From: Patescibacteria group bacterium
GTDB taxonomy: Bacteria; Patescibacteriota; Minisyncoccia; Phycocordibacterales; PALSA-1337
Length of the DNA: 64,000 bases
Direction: 5' to 3'
Assembly (NCBI GenBank): GCA_024654575.1
Contig: JANLHG010000014.1
Location: forward strand, 24,745 to 88,744
The position numbers and the translations under genes are program-made. This document shows positions 48,439 to 58,142 of the stretch, one piece after another (the stretch's first letter is position 1; every line of letters starts with the position of its first letter). A model generated the notes under the pieces. The model saw only the letters and a list, made by a program, of their open reading frames with translations, did no database searches and had not been told where the DNA came from.

Positions 48439-49122
48439 ATGGAACAAAAAATCCCTCAATGCATAGGTATCATTATGGACGGTAATAGGAGATGGGCAAA
48501 AGAGAAAGGACTGCCCACATTTGCAGGACATAAAGCTGGTTATGATAAACTCAAAGAAACTGTAAGATGGGCTAAAGGTGTTGGTATAAAACATATTATC
48601 GCCTATGCTTTTTCTACTGAAAACTGGAAACGTCCTAAAGAAGAAGTGGGTTATCTTATGGACTTACTTCGTTTTTTTGTCAAAAATGAGATTGAAGAAT
48701 TAAAAAAAGAGAATGTTCATGTGAGATTCATAGGAGAATTAGAAAGATTACCAGAAGATATAAGAAAAGGAATTATAGAAATTGAGGAAAAAACAAAAAA
48801 TGGCACTTTGACCCTAGCTGTGGCTGTATCTTATGGAGCAAGAAACGAAATCGTGAATGCTTTAAAAAGAATAGTGCGAGAAAATAAGGTTGATGAAATT
48901 ACGGAAGAAAATTTTGATGATTTTCTTTGGACTAGTAGTATACCAAATCCTGATTTAGTAATAAGAACAAGTGGGGAACAGCGTTTATCAAACTTTTTGT
49001 TGTGGCAAGTAGCATATAGTGAACTATTTTTTACAAAAACTTATTGGCCAAATTTTAGTCAGGAAGAATTTTTAAAAATAATTGAACAATTTTCAAATAG
49101 AGAGCGAAGAAACGGAAAATAG
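48439..49122 (+). CDS. uppS: Undecaprenyl diphosphate synthase
   Basis: IIMDGNRRWA, YAFSTENWKRP, IRTSGEQRLSNFLLWQ. Confidence 0.97.
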   Translation: MEQKIPQCIGIIMDGNRRWAKEKGLPTFAGHKAGYDKLKETVRWAKGVGIKHIIAYAFSTENWKRPKEEVGYLMDLLRFFVKNEIEELKKENVHVRFIGELERLPEDIRKGIIEIEEKTKNGTLTLAVAVSYGARNEIVNALKRIVRENKVDEITEENFDDFLWTSSIPNPDLVIRTSGEQRLSNFLLWQVAYSELFFTKTYWPNFSQEEFLKIIEQFSNRERRNGK

Positions 49123-49123
49123 T

Positions 49124-49843
49124 ATGCAAATTCCTATTTTATATGAAGATAATGATTACGTGGCAATAAATAAGCCATCGGGACTTGTCGTGCATGCTGA
49201 CGGGCGATCAGATAATTACACACTTACTGATTGGATTTTGGAAAAATATCCAGAGATAAAAGATGTTGGCGAACCCATCGTCACTACCGACGGGAAAATT
49301 ATTAATCGCCCAGGTATTGTACACAGAATTGATAGAGAAACATCGGGTGTCCTTATAATCGCAAAAAATAAGAAAGCTCATCAATATTTAAAGGAACAAT
49401 TTCAAAATAGAGAAGTGCAAAAAAAATATAATGCTTTTGTTTATGGAGAGCTTAAAGATGAGGATGGAATAATAAGTCGTCCGATTGGTCGTAGTAAAAA
49501 TGATTTTAGACTTTGGTCTGCACAACGAGGTGCTAGGGGATTAATGAGGGAAGCAGAGACCTATTATACGGTACTTAATAAAGGTGATGGATTTTCTTAT
49601 ATAGAAGTGCTACCTAAAACAGGCAGAACACACCAAATCAGAGTTCACTTCAAAGCAATTCACTATCCGGTTGTTTGTGACCGCCTGTATGCTCCAAAAA
49701 GGCCTTGTGGGCTAGGTTTTAGTCGTTTAGCGTTACATGCTTCAAAAATATCTTTTACCAACATAGAGGGTAAAAAAATCGTAATAGAAGCTCCTCTCCC
49801 TGAAGATTTCTCTAACGCTATTGCGAATATGAAATCATTATGA
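49124..49843 (+). CDS. RluA/RluD family pseudouridine synthase
   Basis: [31 protein letters not shown]; ATG at 49124. Confidence 0.95.
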   Translation: MQIPILYEDNDYVAINKPSGLVVHADGRSDNYTLTDWILEKYPEIKDVGEPIVTTDGKIINRPGIVHRIDRETSGVLIIAKNKKAHQYLKEQFQNREVQKKYNAFVYGELKDEDGIISRPIGRSKNDFRLWSAQRGARGLMREAETYYTVLNKGDGFSYIEVLPKTGRTHQIRVHFKAIHYPVVCDRLYAPKRPCGLGFSRLALHASKISFTNIEGKKIVIEAPLPEDFSNAIANMKSL

Positions 49844-49859
49844 TAGATTAGTTTTACTT

Positions 49860-50288
49860 ATGGAAACACGAAAAGTCATTTCACCTGTTAACATAGAAGA
49901 GCGAAAAAAAATAGAACTCAGCTCTGGAGATACAGTTCGGGTGTGGCAAAAAATCAAAGAAGGTGAAAAAACTAGACTTCAAGCTTTTGAAGGGTTAGTT
50001 CTTGCAAGAAAACATGGTTCTGAGTCAGGTGCTACTTTTATTGTTCGAAGAGTGATAGATGGTGTTGGGGTGGAAAGAATTTTTCCATTATATTCTCCTA
50101 TGATAGATAAGATTGAGATATTGAGACGGTCAAAAGTGCGTCGTTCAAAACTATATTATATTAGAGAAAAAGCTACAAAAGAGATTCGTCACAATATGCG
50201 AAAATTACTTAAACGTAGCTCAGATGAAAAAACAGATACGAAACATGCAGTTGTGGAAACTGAAAAAGTTGAAGAAACAGTGATATAA
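49860..50288 (+). CDS. rplS: 50S ribosomal protein L19
   Basis: GDTVRV...[29 protein letters not shown]. Confidence 0.97.
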   Translation: METRKVISPVNIEERKKIELSSGDTVRVWQKIKEGEKTRLQAFEGLVLARKHGSESGATFIVRRVIDGVGVERIFPLYSPMIDKIEILRRSKVRRSKLYYIREKATKEIRHNMRKLLKRSSDEKTDTKHAVVETEKVEETVI

Positions 50289-50315
50289 TAACTATTATTA
50301 GTAATAATAGTTATT

Positions 50316-51110
50316 ATGATAAATATCTCTCTACAGCAAATTATTAATCTCAAAGGTAAAACAGCGATCGTTACTGGTGGAGCTATGGGTATCGGGTTTG
50401 GTATCGCTACTCGTTTAGCAGAAGCTGGAGCAAATGTTGTTATAGCTGATTTAAATGAGGAAGCAGGCAATAAAGCGATAAAAGAATTAAATGACAAAGG
50501 TTTTATATCAGCTTTTGTCAAAACAGATGTTTCTGATGAACAAAGCGTAAAAACAGCCACTGATTTTGCGATAAAAACATATGAAGGTGTTGATATTCTT
50601 GTTAACAATGCTGGTATTTATCCTGTCATTCCTGTCATGCAAATGAAACTCTCTGATTTTGAAAGAATTATTGCTATTAATTTGAAAAGTGTTTTTTTGT
50701 TTACAAAAGCAATTTCTGAAGTAATGATAAAACAAAAAAGAGGAGGTAAAATTATCAATATCACTTCAATTGATGCTCTTCATCCTTCGGGTGTGGGACT
50801 TGCAGTGTATGATGCTTCCAAACATGGTTTATGGGGATTTACCAAAAACACAGCATTAGAACTTGCTCCACATAACATTCAAGTGAATGCACTTGCTCCC
50901 GGGAGTATAAATACCCCAGGTTCTGGTAGTGGTATGCCAGTGACACCAGAAATTGAAGCAATCAAAAAGAGGTTTATTGAAAGAATTCCGATGAAACGTA
51001 ACGGTGAGCCAGATGATATCGGAAAAGTGGCTTTATTTCTAGCTTCAGACCTTTCTAGTTATATGACTGGTTCACAGGTTGTTGTGGATGGAGGAGTTTT
51101 GCTTTCGTAA
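50316..51110 (+). CDS. Short-chain dehydrogenase/reductase
   Basis: TGGAMGIG, NNAG, YDASK, PG. Confidence 0.95.
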   Translation: MINISLQQIINLKGKTAIVTGGAMGIGFGIATRLAEAGANVVIADLNEEAGNKAIKELNDKGFISAFVKTDVSDEQSVKTATDFAIKTYEGVDILVNNAGIYPVIPVMQMKLSDFERIIAINLKSVFLFTKAISEVMIKQKRGGKIINITSIDALHPSGVGLAVYDASKHGLWGFTKNTALELAPHNIQVNALAPGSINTPGSGSGMPVTPEIEAIKKRFIERIPMKRNGEPDDIGKVALFLASDLSSYMTGSQVVVDGGVLLS

Positions 51111-51179
51111 TCGTGAAAATGATGTTTTTTAAGTAGTTTTTCACGATTATGTTGACAAAATCGTGAAAATAACTATACT
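51109..51179 (+). promoter_or_regulatory. fic promoter with three AATCGTGAAAA operator-like repeats
   Basis: Copies at 51109 (+), 51138 (-) and 51159 (+); TTGACA 51152 and TATACT 51174. Confidence 0.65.
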
Positions 51180-51186
51180 TACTTAT

Positions 51187-52071
51187 ATGGCAAAGATATC
51201 AGCGGTATTTAATAAAATAAGTTTACTTAGGGAAAGATATTATAAAGCATTAATAGGAAAAGATGCACTTATTAAACTTATCTCCGAAACCGAAGCCGTT
51301 GATCAAGTATATAACTCAAATGCTATAGAAAACAGTACACTTACTCTCGAGGAGACAGAAAAAATACTTCTTCAGATTGATTTGGATAGATTTATCACTG
51401 AGCGAGAAATTTTTGAAGCAAAAAATCTTGCACGAGTAGTATCGTATATAGATAAAAGAGCTAAAGAACAAGAATTAACTCTTGATGTAATTTTGTCACT
51501 TCATAAAATGTTGATTTCAAACATTCGAGATGATGTTGCTGGAAGATTTAGAAAAGATAACGAATATGTTCGTGTTGGAAATCATATTGCTTCTAATCCG
51601 AAGGAGATAATAAGTCGTCTCGAAAAAATGTTGACGGAATACAATTTTACAATTAATGAAAATATCATCAAGCGTATATCAAAATTACATCTTGTTTTTG
51701 AGTATATCCACCCGTTTATTGATGGAAATGGTCGAATTGGGCGAGTCATTAACAATTATTTATTGATACGAGAAGGGTTCGTTCCAATAAATATAAAATT
51801 TATTGATAGAAAAATGTATTACGAAGCTTTTAAAGAGTTTGATGAAAAAGATAGCACTACTATTATGGAAGGAATCGTTGGGAAAGCACTTACGAATAGT
51901 TATCATAAGAGATTGGCGTATTTAGAAGATAAAACAATAATTACACTAATTGATTATGCAAAGAATAATAATTTTTCTCATTCTAACCTTATCAATAAAG
52001 CTAATAGACAAACCATAGAAGCCTTTTTAGAGAAAGGTGTTTGGAAAATAGGTGTTATGGATAAAAAATAA
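51187..52071 (+). CDS. Fic family protein
   Basis: HPFIDGNGRIGR Fic motif; SNAIENS; ATG at 51187 downstream of the promoter. Confidence 0.93.
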   Translation: MAKISAVFNKISLLRERYYKALIGKDALIKLISETEAVDQVYNSNAIENSTLTLEETEKILLQIDLDRFITEREIFEAKNLARVVSYIDKRAKEQELTLDVILSLHKMLISNIRDDVAGRFRKDNEYVRVGNHIASNPKEIISRLEKMLTEYNFTINENIIKRISKLHLVFEYIHPFIDGNGRIGRVINNYLLIREGFVPINIKFIDRKMYYEAFKEFDEKDSTTIMEGIVGKALTNSYHKRLAYLEDKTIITLIDYAKNNNFSHSNLINKANRQTIEAFLEKGVWKIGVMDKK

Positions 52072-52082
52072 TCATTTTATTT

Positions 52083-52598
52083 ATGCTTTATACAAGAAAA
52101 GGGGATACAGGTACAACCCGCCTCGTCGGCGGGCAGGCAAGGATTTCTAAATCATCAGCGACTACTGAGGCACTTGGTTCTCTTGATGAAATTAATTCAT
52201 TTCTAGGTATTTTAAAAGTGAAATCAGATATACCTGTTAGTAAAATAATTCACAATGTTCAACAAAAACTTTTTATAATACAGGCCGAAGTTGCTGGTGC
52301 TAAAAAAACTATAGAAAAAAAACATCTAAAAGAGATTGAAAAAATCATAGATTCAGCAGAAAAAGAATTACCACCAATTAAAACTTTCTTTATTTCTGGT
52401 GGGACGGAATTGGCAGCGACTTTTGATGTGGCAAGGACGATTGCTCGTAGGGCGGAACGAAGAGTGATCGGCTCGGAAGCGAAAGTTGGTATTCATACAT
52501 TAGCTTATCTTAATCGTCTTTCAAGTTTACTCTATGCGTTGGCTAGATTAACTAACCATAAATATGGTATAACTGAAGAGTCCCCCGCGTATAAATAA
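52083..52598 (+). CDS. PduO-type cob(I)alamin adenosyltransferase
   Basis: YTRKGDTGTT, GSLDEINS, ARTIARRAER, YLNRLSS. Confidence 0.9.
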   Translation: MLYTRKGDTGTTRLVGGQARISKSSATTEALGSLDEINSFLGILKVKSDIPVSKIIHNVQQKLFIIQAEVAGAKKTIEKKHLKEIEKIIDSAEKELPPIKTFFISGGTELAATFDVARTIARRAERRVIGSEAKVGIHTLAYLNRLSSLLYALARLTNHKYGITEESPAYK

Positions 52599-52599
52599 T

Positions 52600-52675
52600 G
52601 GTGGCTATAGTGTAATGGTTAGCACTAGAGTTTGTGGAACTCTCAGTTCGGGTTCAAATCCCGATAGTCACCCCA
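52600..52675 (+). tRNA. tRNA-His(GUG) with encoded G-1 and CCA
   Basis: G-GTGGCTA...TT GTG GA...TAGTCAC-C-CCA. Confidence 0.94.
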
Positions 52676-54262
52676 TTCAAGAATAAGTTGAGCGAAAGCC
52701 ATATTTCGTGCCTCAACAGTAAGGTTTTTGTCCAGTTCCAGCCGTTTATACTTTTTTTCTAACTCAGGATACGCTTTTTCTATTGGAACAAACCATTCGT
52801 TTGGTGTTATATGGATTTTTTTGTCTTTCACTAAAAAGTTCTGACCAAGTGCTGAAAATATTTCTCTTTTTTTATTAAGATCTCCAAGAAGAAACTCTTT
52901 GCGTGCATAACAAGAGAAATTAAATGTTTTTTCAGTAAGTTCCAGCCATTTTTCTGCCCTACTCTCTGTTTCTCTTAAGTTTGTTTTGAGTTTCACTATT
53001 TTTGTTGTGAGCTCATCTCTCTCTTTTATGAATGTTTCATCATCAATAAGTTCTCGATATCTCATTTTGGTGAGTGTATCTAGCTCTTTTTGAGTATTTA
53101 CAAGTGTTCTATGTTGGTTTTCATATATCTTAGTCCGTTCCTCAATTTCTTTATCGTTGTTTCGGTTGAGTATTTCAAGAGCCCACTCTTGAAACTTTGG
53201 CATGATAGTATATCGTTCAAGTTCAATATCAATCTGATCTTCAAGTTCTTTTAGTGTCATTGGATTTTTCTGATCGCATTTCACCTCTTTTTTCTTTCTG
53301 GTGCAGTTGTAATATACATAAGTTTTTAGTTTTCCAGTACTTTTTATTATTTTTGTTTTTTCGCTCGCTGTATACATTGAATTACATATTTTGCATCGCA
53401 TAAGTCCTGTATAAGCAAAATTATGTGTCTGTGCTCGTGGTTTACCGTTTCTACCGAGAATGATTTGCACTCGATCATATTCTTCAAGAGTGATCATTGA
53501 TTTATGGTTGCCTTTATAAACTCTTCCAGCCCACATAAACATTCCTGTATAGAAGATATTAGTGAATAATTTATAAATAACACTACTTGCAATTTCAACA
53601 CCTCCATCTCGTTTTGTTTTTGGTGTGCGAAAGCCCCACTCTTTATTTGCGATTTCTCGTATTTGTGGAGGTGTGTAATTTCCAGTAAGCATTATGTTCC
53701 ACATTTTTCGGACCAGATGAAATCGTTCTTTGTCTTCAATGATTGTATGTTCGAGTTTATCATTCAAATATCCTAAAGGAGCACGAGAGGGAAGCCATCC
53801 TCGATCTGCTTTTCCTTCCATACCTCGTTTACTGTTTTTTCGTAGGTCTATAATGAACTGATTTGCCATTCCGCTTTCGACATTAAATAAAAGAACATTG
53901 TCATCAGGTAGATACTGACGATCTATGCTTTGTATACATTTCAAAGCACCCTGTTGAAGCATCCAGCTTAATGTTCCACTATCAATAGGGTTTCGTGATA
54001 GACGATTGATTTGCCAGCATAGAATACCTTGAGCCTCTCCTTTTTCAATTCGTTCAAGCATATTGGTGAAGACGGGGCGACAATATGGTTTCTTTGCAGT
54101 TTTTGCTTCAGTAAGTATTTCTTTAATTGAAATGTTTAGATTGTTTGCTAGATCTTTGAGGCGACTTATTTGGTCCTCAATTGATTGGACCTGTCTATCC
54201 TCACTCTCTGATGATTTGCGAGCGTAGAGAAAATATGTAATTTTGTTAGTTTCGTTTTTCAT
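52643..54262 (-). CDS. Large serine recombinase (integrase); C-terminus reads antisense into tRNA-His
   Basis: YARKSSE catalytic Ser, RLSRN, YTG..CKIC...YYNC zinc ribbon, coiled coil; ends WGDYRDLNPN inside the tRNA. Confidence 0.95.
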   Translation of the reverse strand: MKNETNKITYFLYARKSSESEDRQVQSIEDQISRLKDLANNLNISIKEILTEAKTAKKPYCRPVFTNMLERIEKGEAQGILCWQINRLSRNPIDSGTLSWMLQQGALKCIQSIDRQYLPDDNVLLFNVESGMANQFIIDLRKNSKRGMEGKADRGWLPSRAPLGYLNDKLEHTIIEDKERFHLVRKMWNIMLTGNYTPPQIREIANKEWGFRTPKTKRDGGVEIASSVIYKLFTNIFYTGMFMWAGRVYKGNHKSMITLEEYDRVQIILGRNGKPRAQTHNFAYTGLMRCKICNSMYTASEKTKIIKSTGKLKTYVYYNCTRKKKEVKCDQKNPMTLKELEDQIDIELERYTIMPKFQEWALEILNRNNDKEIEERTKIYENQHRTLVNTQKELDTLTKMRYRELIDDETFIKERDELTTKIVKLKTNLRETESRAEKWLELTEKTFNFSCYARKEFLLGDLNKKREIFSALGQNFLVKDKKIHITPNEWFVPIEKAYPELEKKYKRLELDKNLTVEARNMAFAQLILEWGDYRDLNPN

Positions 54263-54287
54263 ATAAAAACCCCAAAGGGACGGTCTG

Positions 54288-54394
54288 GTACCCCAACTCA
54301 CTTGCTCCGAAGAGTAGCCTCATTGGCAAACCGCCCCTTTAGGGCAACGAGGCAATAAAAAGCTCCTCGGATTAATGCTGTGAAATTAGGGTAC
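54288..54394 (-). ncRNA. Candidate structured cis-regulatory RNA in the integrase 5' leader
   Basis: Four nested helices whose mismatches are G-U pairs only on the minus strand. Confidence 0.55.
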
Positions 54395-54406
54395 TTATAT
54401 ATCATA

Positions 54407-55030
54407 TCATTTTTTCTTAATATTATCTAATCGGTTTTCCCAATTTATCAACATCATTCCATAATTCTGTTCAAATTTTTCATTCAACCTCATTAGTCGC
54501 TTGTATTTTCTTGTGGGCTTACCTTTGTAGTAATATCGCTTGATTTCCTTTTCTGCTTTTTCTAAGTCTAGAATTGATATTCCATTCCATCTATATTTTC
54601 CTCCCACCATTTGCTTAGAATAAGCTATGTTTCCACAGTGTCGGCAACCGAACCATTTACCGATGCTGAAAATCACACCCACTCGTCGTCCACAATATAT
54701 TTCATTTTTATAAAGAGGACAGATAAACCAGTATCTTTTCCCCCCATATCGGCATGGAGTAGTAGTAAGTTCAATTTTATAATCTATATCATCTTTTCCC
54801 CCAGAATATTTGTTTGTGTTTGTATATCTCAAATTTATATAAGCTCTTTCTTCGGAGGTGTCACAGCCATCTTTAATTACAGAGAAACTTATACTGTTTT
54901 TATTTTTGCTGTATCCATAGGTCCAAGTGATACCACCACACTTATAACTGCAATCTTTATCCAGATAACCATATTTTTTGAGCCAGAAGATACTTAAGCT
55001 GTTAGATTGTTCTGCGATTGGTTTAGACAT
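54407..55030 (-). CDS. Hypothetical zinc-ribbon protein of integrated elements
   Basis: TPCRYGGKRYWFICP...CGRRV...FGCRHC..AY. Confidence 0.7.
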   Translation of the reverse strand: MSKPIAEQSNSLSIFWLKKYGYLDKDCSYKCGGITWTYGYSKNKNSISFSVIKDGCDTSEERAYINLRYTNTNKYSGGKDDIDYKIELTTTPCRYGGKRYWFICPLYKNEIYCGRRVGVIFSIGKWFGCRHCGNIAYSKQMVGGKYRWNGISILDLEKAEKEIKRYYYKGKPTRKYKRLMRLNEKFEQNYGMMLINWENRLDNIKKK

Positions 55031-55176
55031 TTTATTTTTGCAAACTAGCCGAAATCATTAGAGATTAATAGCTATTTTTTGGTATTTTATCATCATTTTA
55101 TGTTGAAAATAAAGGGTTTTTTTACTTATTCAATTATTTCATGTTTTTTCTGTTATTTTACGAAACAAATCCGTTT

Positions 55177-55264
55177 TTATTCTTTTGAAATATCTACATC
55201 TACGACTGCCAAGTTTGGCGTTCTCACGATTTGTCTCAATTTGTTTTTGTGATGTCTCAGTCAT
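55177..55264 (-). pseudogene. Internally deleted gene remnant
   Basis: MTETSQKQIETNRENAKLG followed in another frame by AVVDVDISKE*. Confidence 0.4.
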
Positions 55265-55318
55265 AGCATTTATACTGTTATTCATACTGTTTAGCAGTAT
55301 GAGATAGTTTTTATAATG

Positions 55319-57502
55319 TTAAAAATCTATTTCCTCCATAGTAATTTCATTGCTTTCTTGATCAGTGTTTTTTACCTCACCCTCTATTTCACTATTCTTT
55401 GCTTCACCAGAAAGTTGATACAGGGAGGAGGGGAAAATCATCATCTTGCGTTTATCGTTCGGGTCTTGTTCCTGTACGATAAGCCCAGCCGTTTCAAGCA
55501 TCGGGAGTATCTGCTGGCGAAGTTGATGACCATCCAACATCCTTCCATAAACTGCAAAGTGTTTTTCAAGAACCTCTTGGCGTGAAAGACCGAGCTTGCC
55601 TGTAAGTTCTTCAAATGTTTCATTTCTGCTGTTATTTTTTGCTTCCCACGCTGGCAAAATAACTTCTTTGTAGAGATTATAGATGTAGGGTGGTAGGTTT
55701 AATTCTTGGCTCACAGATATTTTATCCCAGAGCTTGAAGGCATCGTTTACATCATTTTTGTTCGCCGTAATCGTGGATCCGTCTCGTTCACGCCACCAGA
55801 CATTGAGCATAGCGAACGACTTGATAAGTGATAACAAGCGTTTGATATCTCGCTGATGTCGTGGTTTGAGTGTTTTATTTTTGTTTAAAAACCTCTCGCT
55901 AATTTTTTCTGGCGATACGATGTTTATTTCCTTAATGTTCTCTAGTTTGATAGCACGAATACGCTCTTTGAGTAATGCTCGGTCTGGGTTTTCTTCAAGC
56001 CAACTTACAAAACTCTCGCTGTCCGCCTCTTTGCGTATTATTGCACTAATACCTTGTTGTATTTTATCTTGACTAACCTCTGGAGAAAGAAGCAGAAATC
56101 TTGTTGCTTCCTGTTCATCTATACGAAGCCCAGCTGTGCAGAAAATAACTGACGGATATCCACGCAGAAGAATGTTTTTTGTTTTAGTTCCATTTTTCTG
56201 TGTTTTGTCTGTAATTTTAATTGCAATCTCTTTTTTGTCGTGAGAGAGAAGGGGTCGTAGTCGTGCCAGAAGTTCATTATGTGGCTGGTCCAGAAAAATA
56301 AGTATCTTGTGTGAAAGGTCAACTAAGTAGCTGTTTTTATCTTTGTCATATTGTCCAACATCGTGGAAGAACGCCGTAGGGGAGCAGTAAGCAATCTCCA
56401 TCACATCGTCTTGTGGAAACAAGCGTGCAATTTCTGTGGGGATATAACTTTTACCAGTAGATGATGGTGCATTGTAGCTGATATTGAATTGTGAGCTTTC
56501 GGTATAGGCAGAAAGCTCGCACAGGAATGTCGCCAGCTTATTCTCGGCATCGTATTTGATGGTAAGTCCGAGCGTATCAAGGAGCTGTGTTGAACTCATG
56601 GGAGCGAATTGTGTGATATCAATTTTCTCTGGATACGGCTTTGCGTATTTGCCGAACAAATCGTCTACAGATCCGTTGAGTTTTATAAAATAATCCGTGA
56701 TGTCTCCAGCTTCACCAACCTCTTCTGGCAGAGTAATGATGTGTATCTCACACCCAATACTTTCCAATATTTTTGCTACTCGTTCAGACCCTTTTCTTCC
56801 AGCATCATCTTTATCAAAACAGATATATATTTTATTATCTTTTCTTATCTTTTCTACCCACTCGTCTTTGAATGTCATAGCTCCGTGAGTAGAGGTTATT
56901 GTAGGTACATTTTTGGAAAGAAGAAGTAATCTGTCTAGTTCACCTTCGCAGATTACAAGTGAAATGCTAGGTTTTGTTAGGTTATCCCAGTCATAGAGCT
57001 GTGCCTCGGCTCCTTTAGGATATGTTATTTTATCGTTACCAAAAACAGGATCCATTCTTAATTTGAAAAACGAATAATTGCCGTATATATCCTTGATTGG
57101 GATAGTAATCCACGACTTGCGATAAAATTGTCCATAGCCAAGCTTATAGGCGTCTATGACGGCATCAGTGAGCCCTCGCTTGCGTAGATACTCTCGTATA
57201 TGTGGTGGTAATTCTTGATGACATTTTTCCACTAATTCTGTATTAAAAGTGTTTATCTTGCGTGATTTTGGTTCTGTATCGCCGAAGTATTTTGCTAATG
57301 TGATGAGATTACCTTTTTCACCACATTTTTTACAATCATATTGTCCCGTATCGATACTAAAATATAAATGTGCTTCGTTGCCTTTGCTGTCCCTATCGCA
57401 ATCATTGAAAAAGCATTTGACGATAAGTTCTTTGCCACTCTCACGAAAGGGGATACCTTTCCCGATTAGATATTCTTTAATTGTAATATTTGTTAGGTTC
57501 AT
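55319..57502 (-). CDS. Zinc finger-TOPRIM primase fused to P-loop ATPase and winged helix
   Basis: CFFNDC..H..CKKC; ICEGELD, FDKDDAG; APSSTGKS, FLDQP, ATRF; C-terminal wHTH-like. Confidence 0.82.
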   Translation of the reverse strand: MNLTNITIKEYLIGKGIPFRESGKELIVKCFFNDCDRDSKGNEAHLYFSIDTGQYDCKKCGEKGNLITLAKYFGDTEPKSRKINTFNTELVEKCHQELPPHIREYLRKRGLTDAVIDAYKLGYGQFYRKSWITIPIKDIYGNYSFFKLRMDPVFGNDKITYPKGAEAQLYDWDNLTKPSISLVICEGELDRLLLLSKNVPTITSTHGAMTFKDEWVEKIRKDNKIYICFDKDDAGRKGSERVAKILESIGCEIHIITLPEEVGEAGDITDYFIKLNGSVDDLFGKYAKPYPEKIDITQFAPMSSTQLLDTLGLTIKYDAENKLATFLCELSAYTESSQFNISYNAPSSTGKSYIPTEIARLFPQDDVMEIAYCSPTAFFHDVGQYDKDKNSYLVDLSHKILIFLDQPHNELLARLRPLLSHDKKEIAIKITDKTQKNGTKTKNILLRGYPSVIFCTAGLRIDEQEATRFLLLSPEVSQDKIQQGISAIIRKEADSESFVSWLEENPDRALLKERIRAIKLENIKEINIVSPEKISERFLNKNKTLKPRHQRDIKRLLSLIKSFAMLNVWWRERDGSTITANKNDVNDAFKLWDKISVSQELNLPPYIYNLYKEVILPAWEAKNNSRNETFEELTGKLGLSRQEVLEKHFAVYGRMLDGHQLRQQILPMLETAGLIVQEQDPNDKRKMMIFPSSLYQLSGEAKNSEIEGEVKNTDQESNEITMEEIDF

Positions 57503-57729
57503 ATATTTGTAATTCTTTTTTGTAATAATGATAATGTTTCTTGTCTATGTTTTTGAATTAACTCATACTCTTTCTCAGTCATGGGCTTATAGACGACAGA
57601 CATCAACTGCAAGAGTTTAACGCCTTTCTCATAGGCATCCTCTCGGCTGATTTTCATTCCGAACTCGCTTTTATAGAGAGCTTGAAACTTCAAAATGTCT
57701 TCGTCTAAAATGATCATGGCTATTTTCAA
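57499..57729 (-). CDS. Small hypothetical protein
   Basis: FQALYKSEFG..ISREDA; ATGA-coupled to both neighbours. Confidence 0.7.
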   Translation of the reverse strand: MKIAMIILDEDILKFQALYKSEFGMKISREDAYEKGVKLLQLMSVVYKPMTEKEYELIQKHRQETLSLLQKRITNI

Positions 57730-58022
57730 GAGCTGAAAATTTGATTTTTCAGTCGCTTAATCTGGTTGAAGTAAGTTTGGGCATCAACCGATGTTTTAAA
57801 ATCCCAAAAGTCTTTTATGGTTTCATCTATCCCACTACTCTTTTTTACAATGAATAAAACTTTGTTTCTTACTGCTTTATCTAAACCTGACAATTCAAAA
57901 TTTTGACAAAGCAAAAATGCCACGAGCGAAATATCGTAGCTATAAAAATAGTTTGTTGTGTCGTCGAAAGGCAGATAAGTATATTCCTCTGGGTGAACAC
58001 TTTTTTGTGTTTTTTTAGTCAT
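57726..58022 (-). CDS. DUF5659-like protein
   Basis: SYDISLVAFL...KVLF...VDAQTYFNQIKRLKNQI. Confidence 0.65.
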   Translation of the reverse strand: MTKKTQKSVHPEEYTYLPFDDTTNYFYSYDISLVAFLLCQNFELSGLDKAVRNKVLFIVKKSSGIDETIKDFWDFKTSVDAQTYFNQIKRLKNQIFSS

Positions 58023-58142
58023 ATAATTTTGTTAATTTAATTTGTTAAAACGACCTAATAGATTTTTTGAAAAACAAAAAACCATACTAGTTGCAGTATG
58101 GACTTTAAGAGAATTCGTATGAGAATTTTGGACTAAACTGGA

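Noticed and set aside
52117-52138. REP-like palindrome CCCGCC-TCGTC-GGCGGG in pduO
   Set aside because: Single copy; encodes a near-consensus PduO segment, so an insertion cannot be shown
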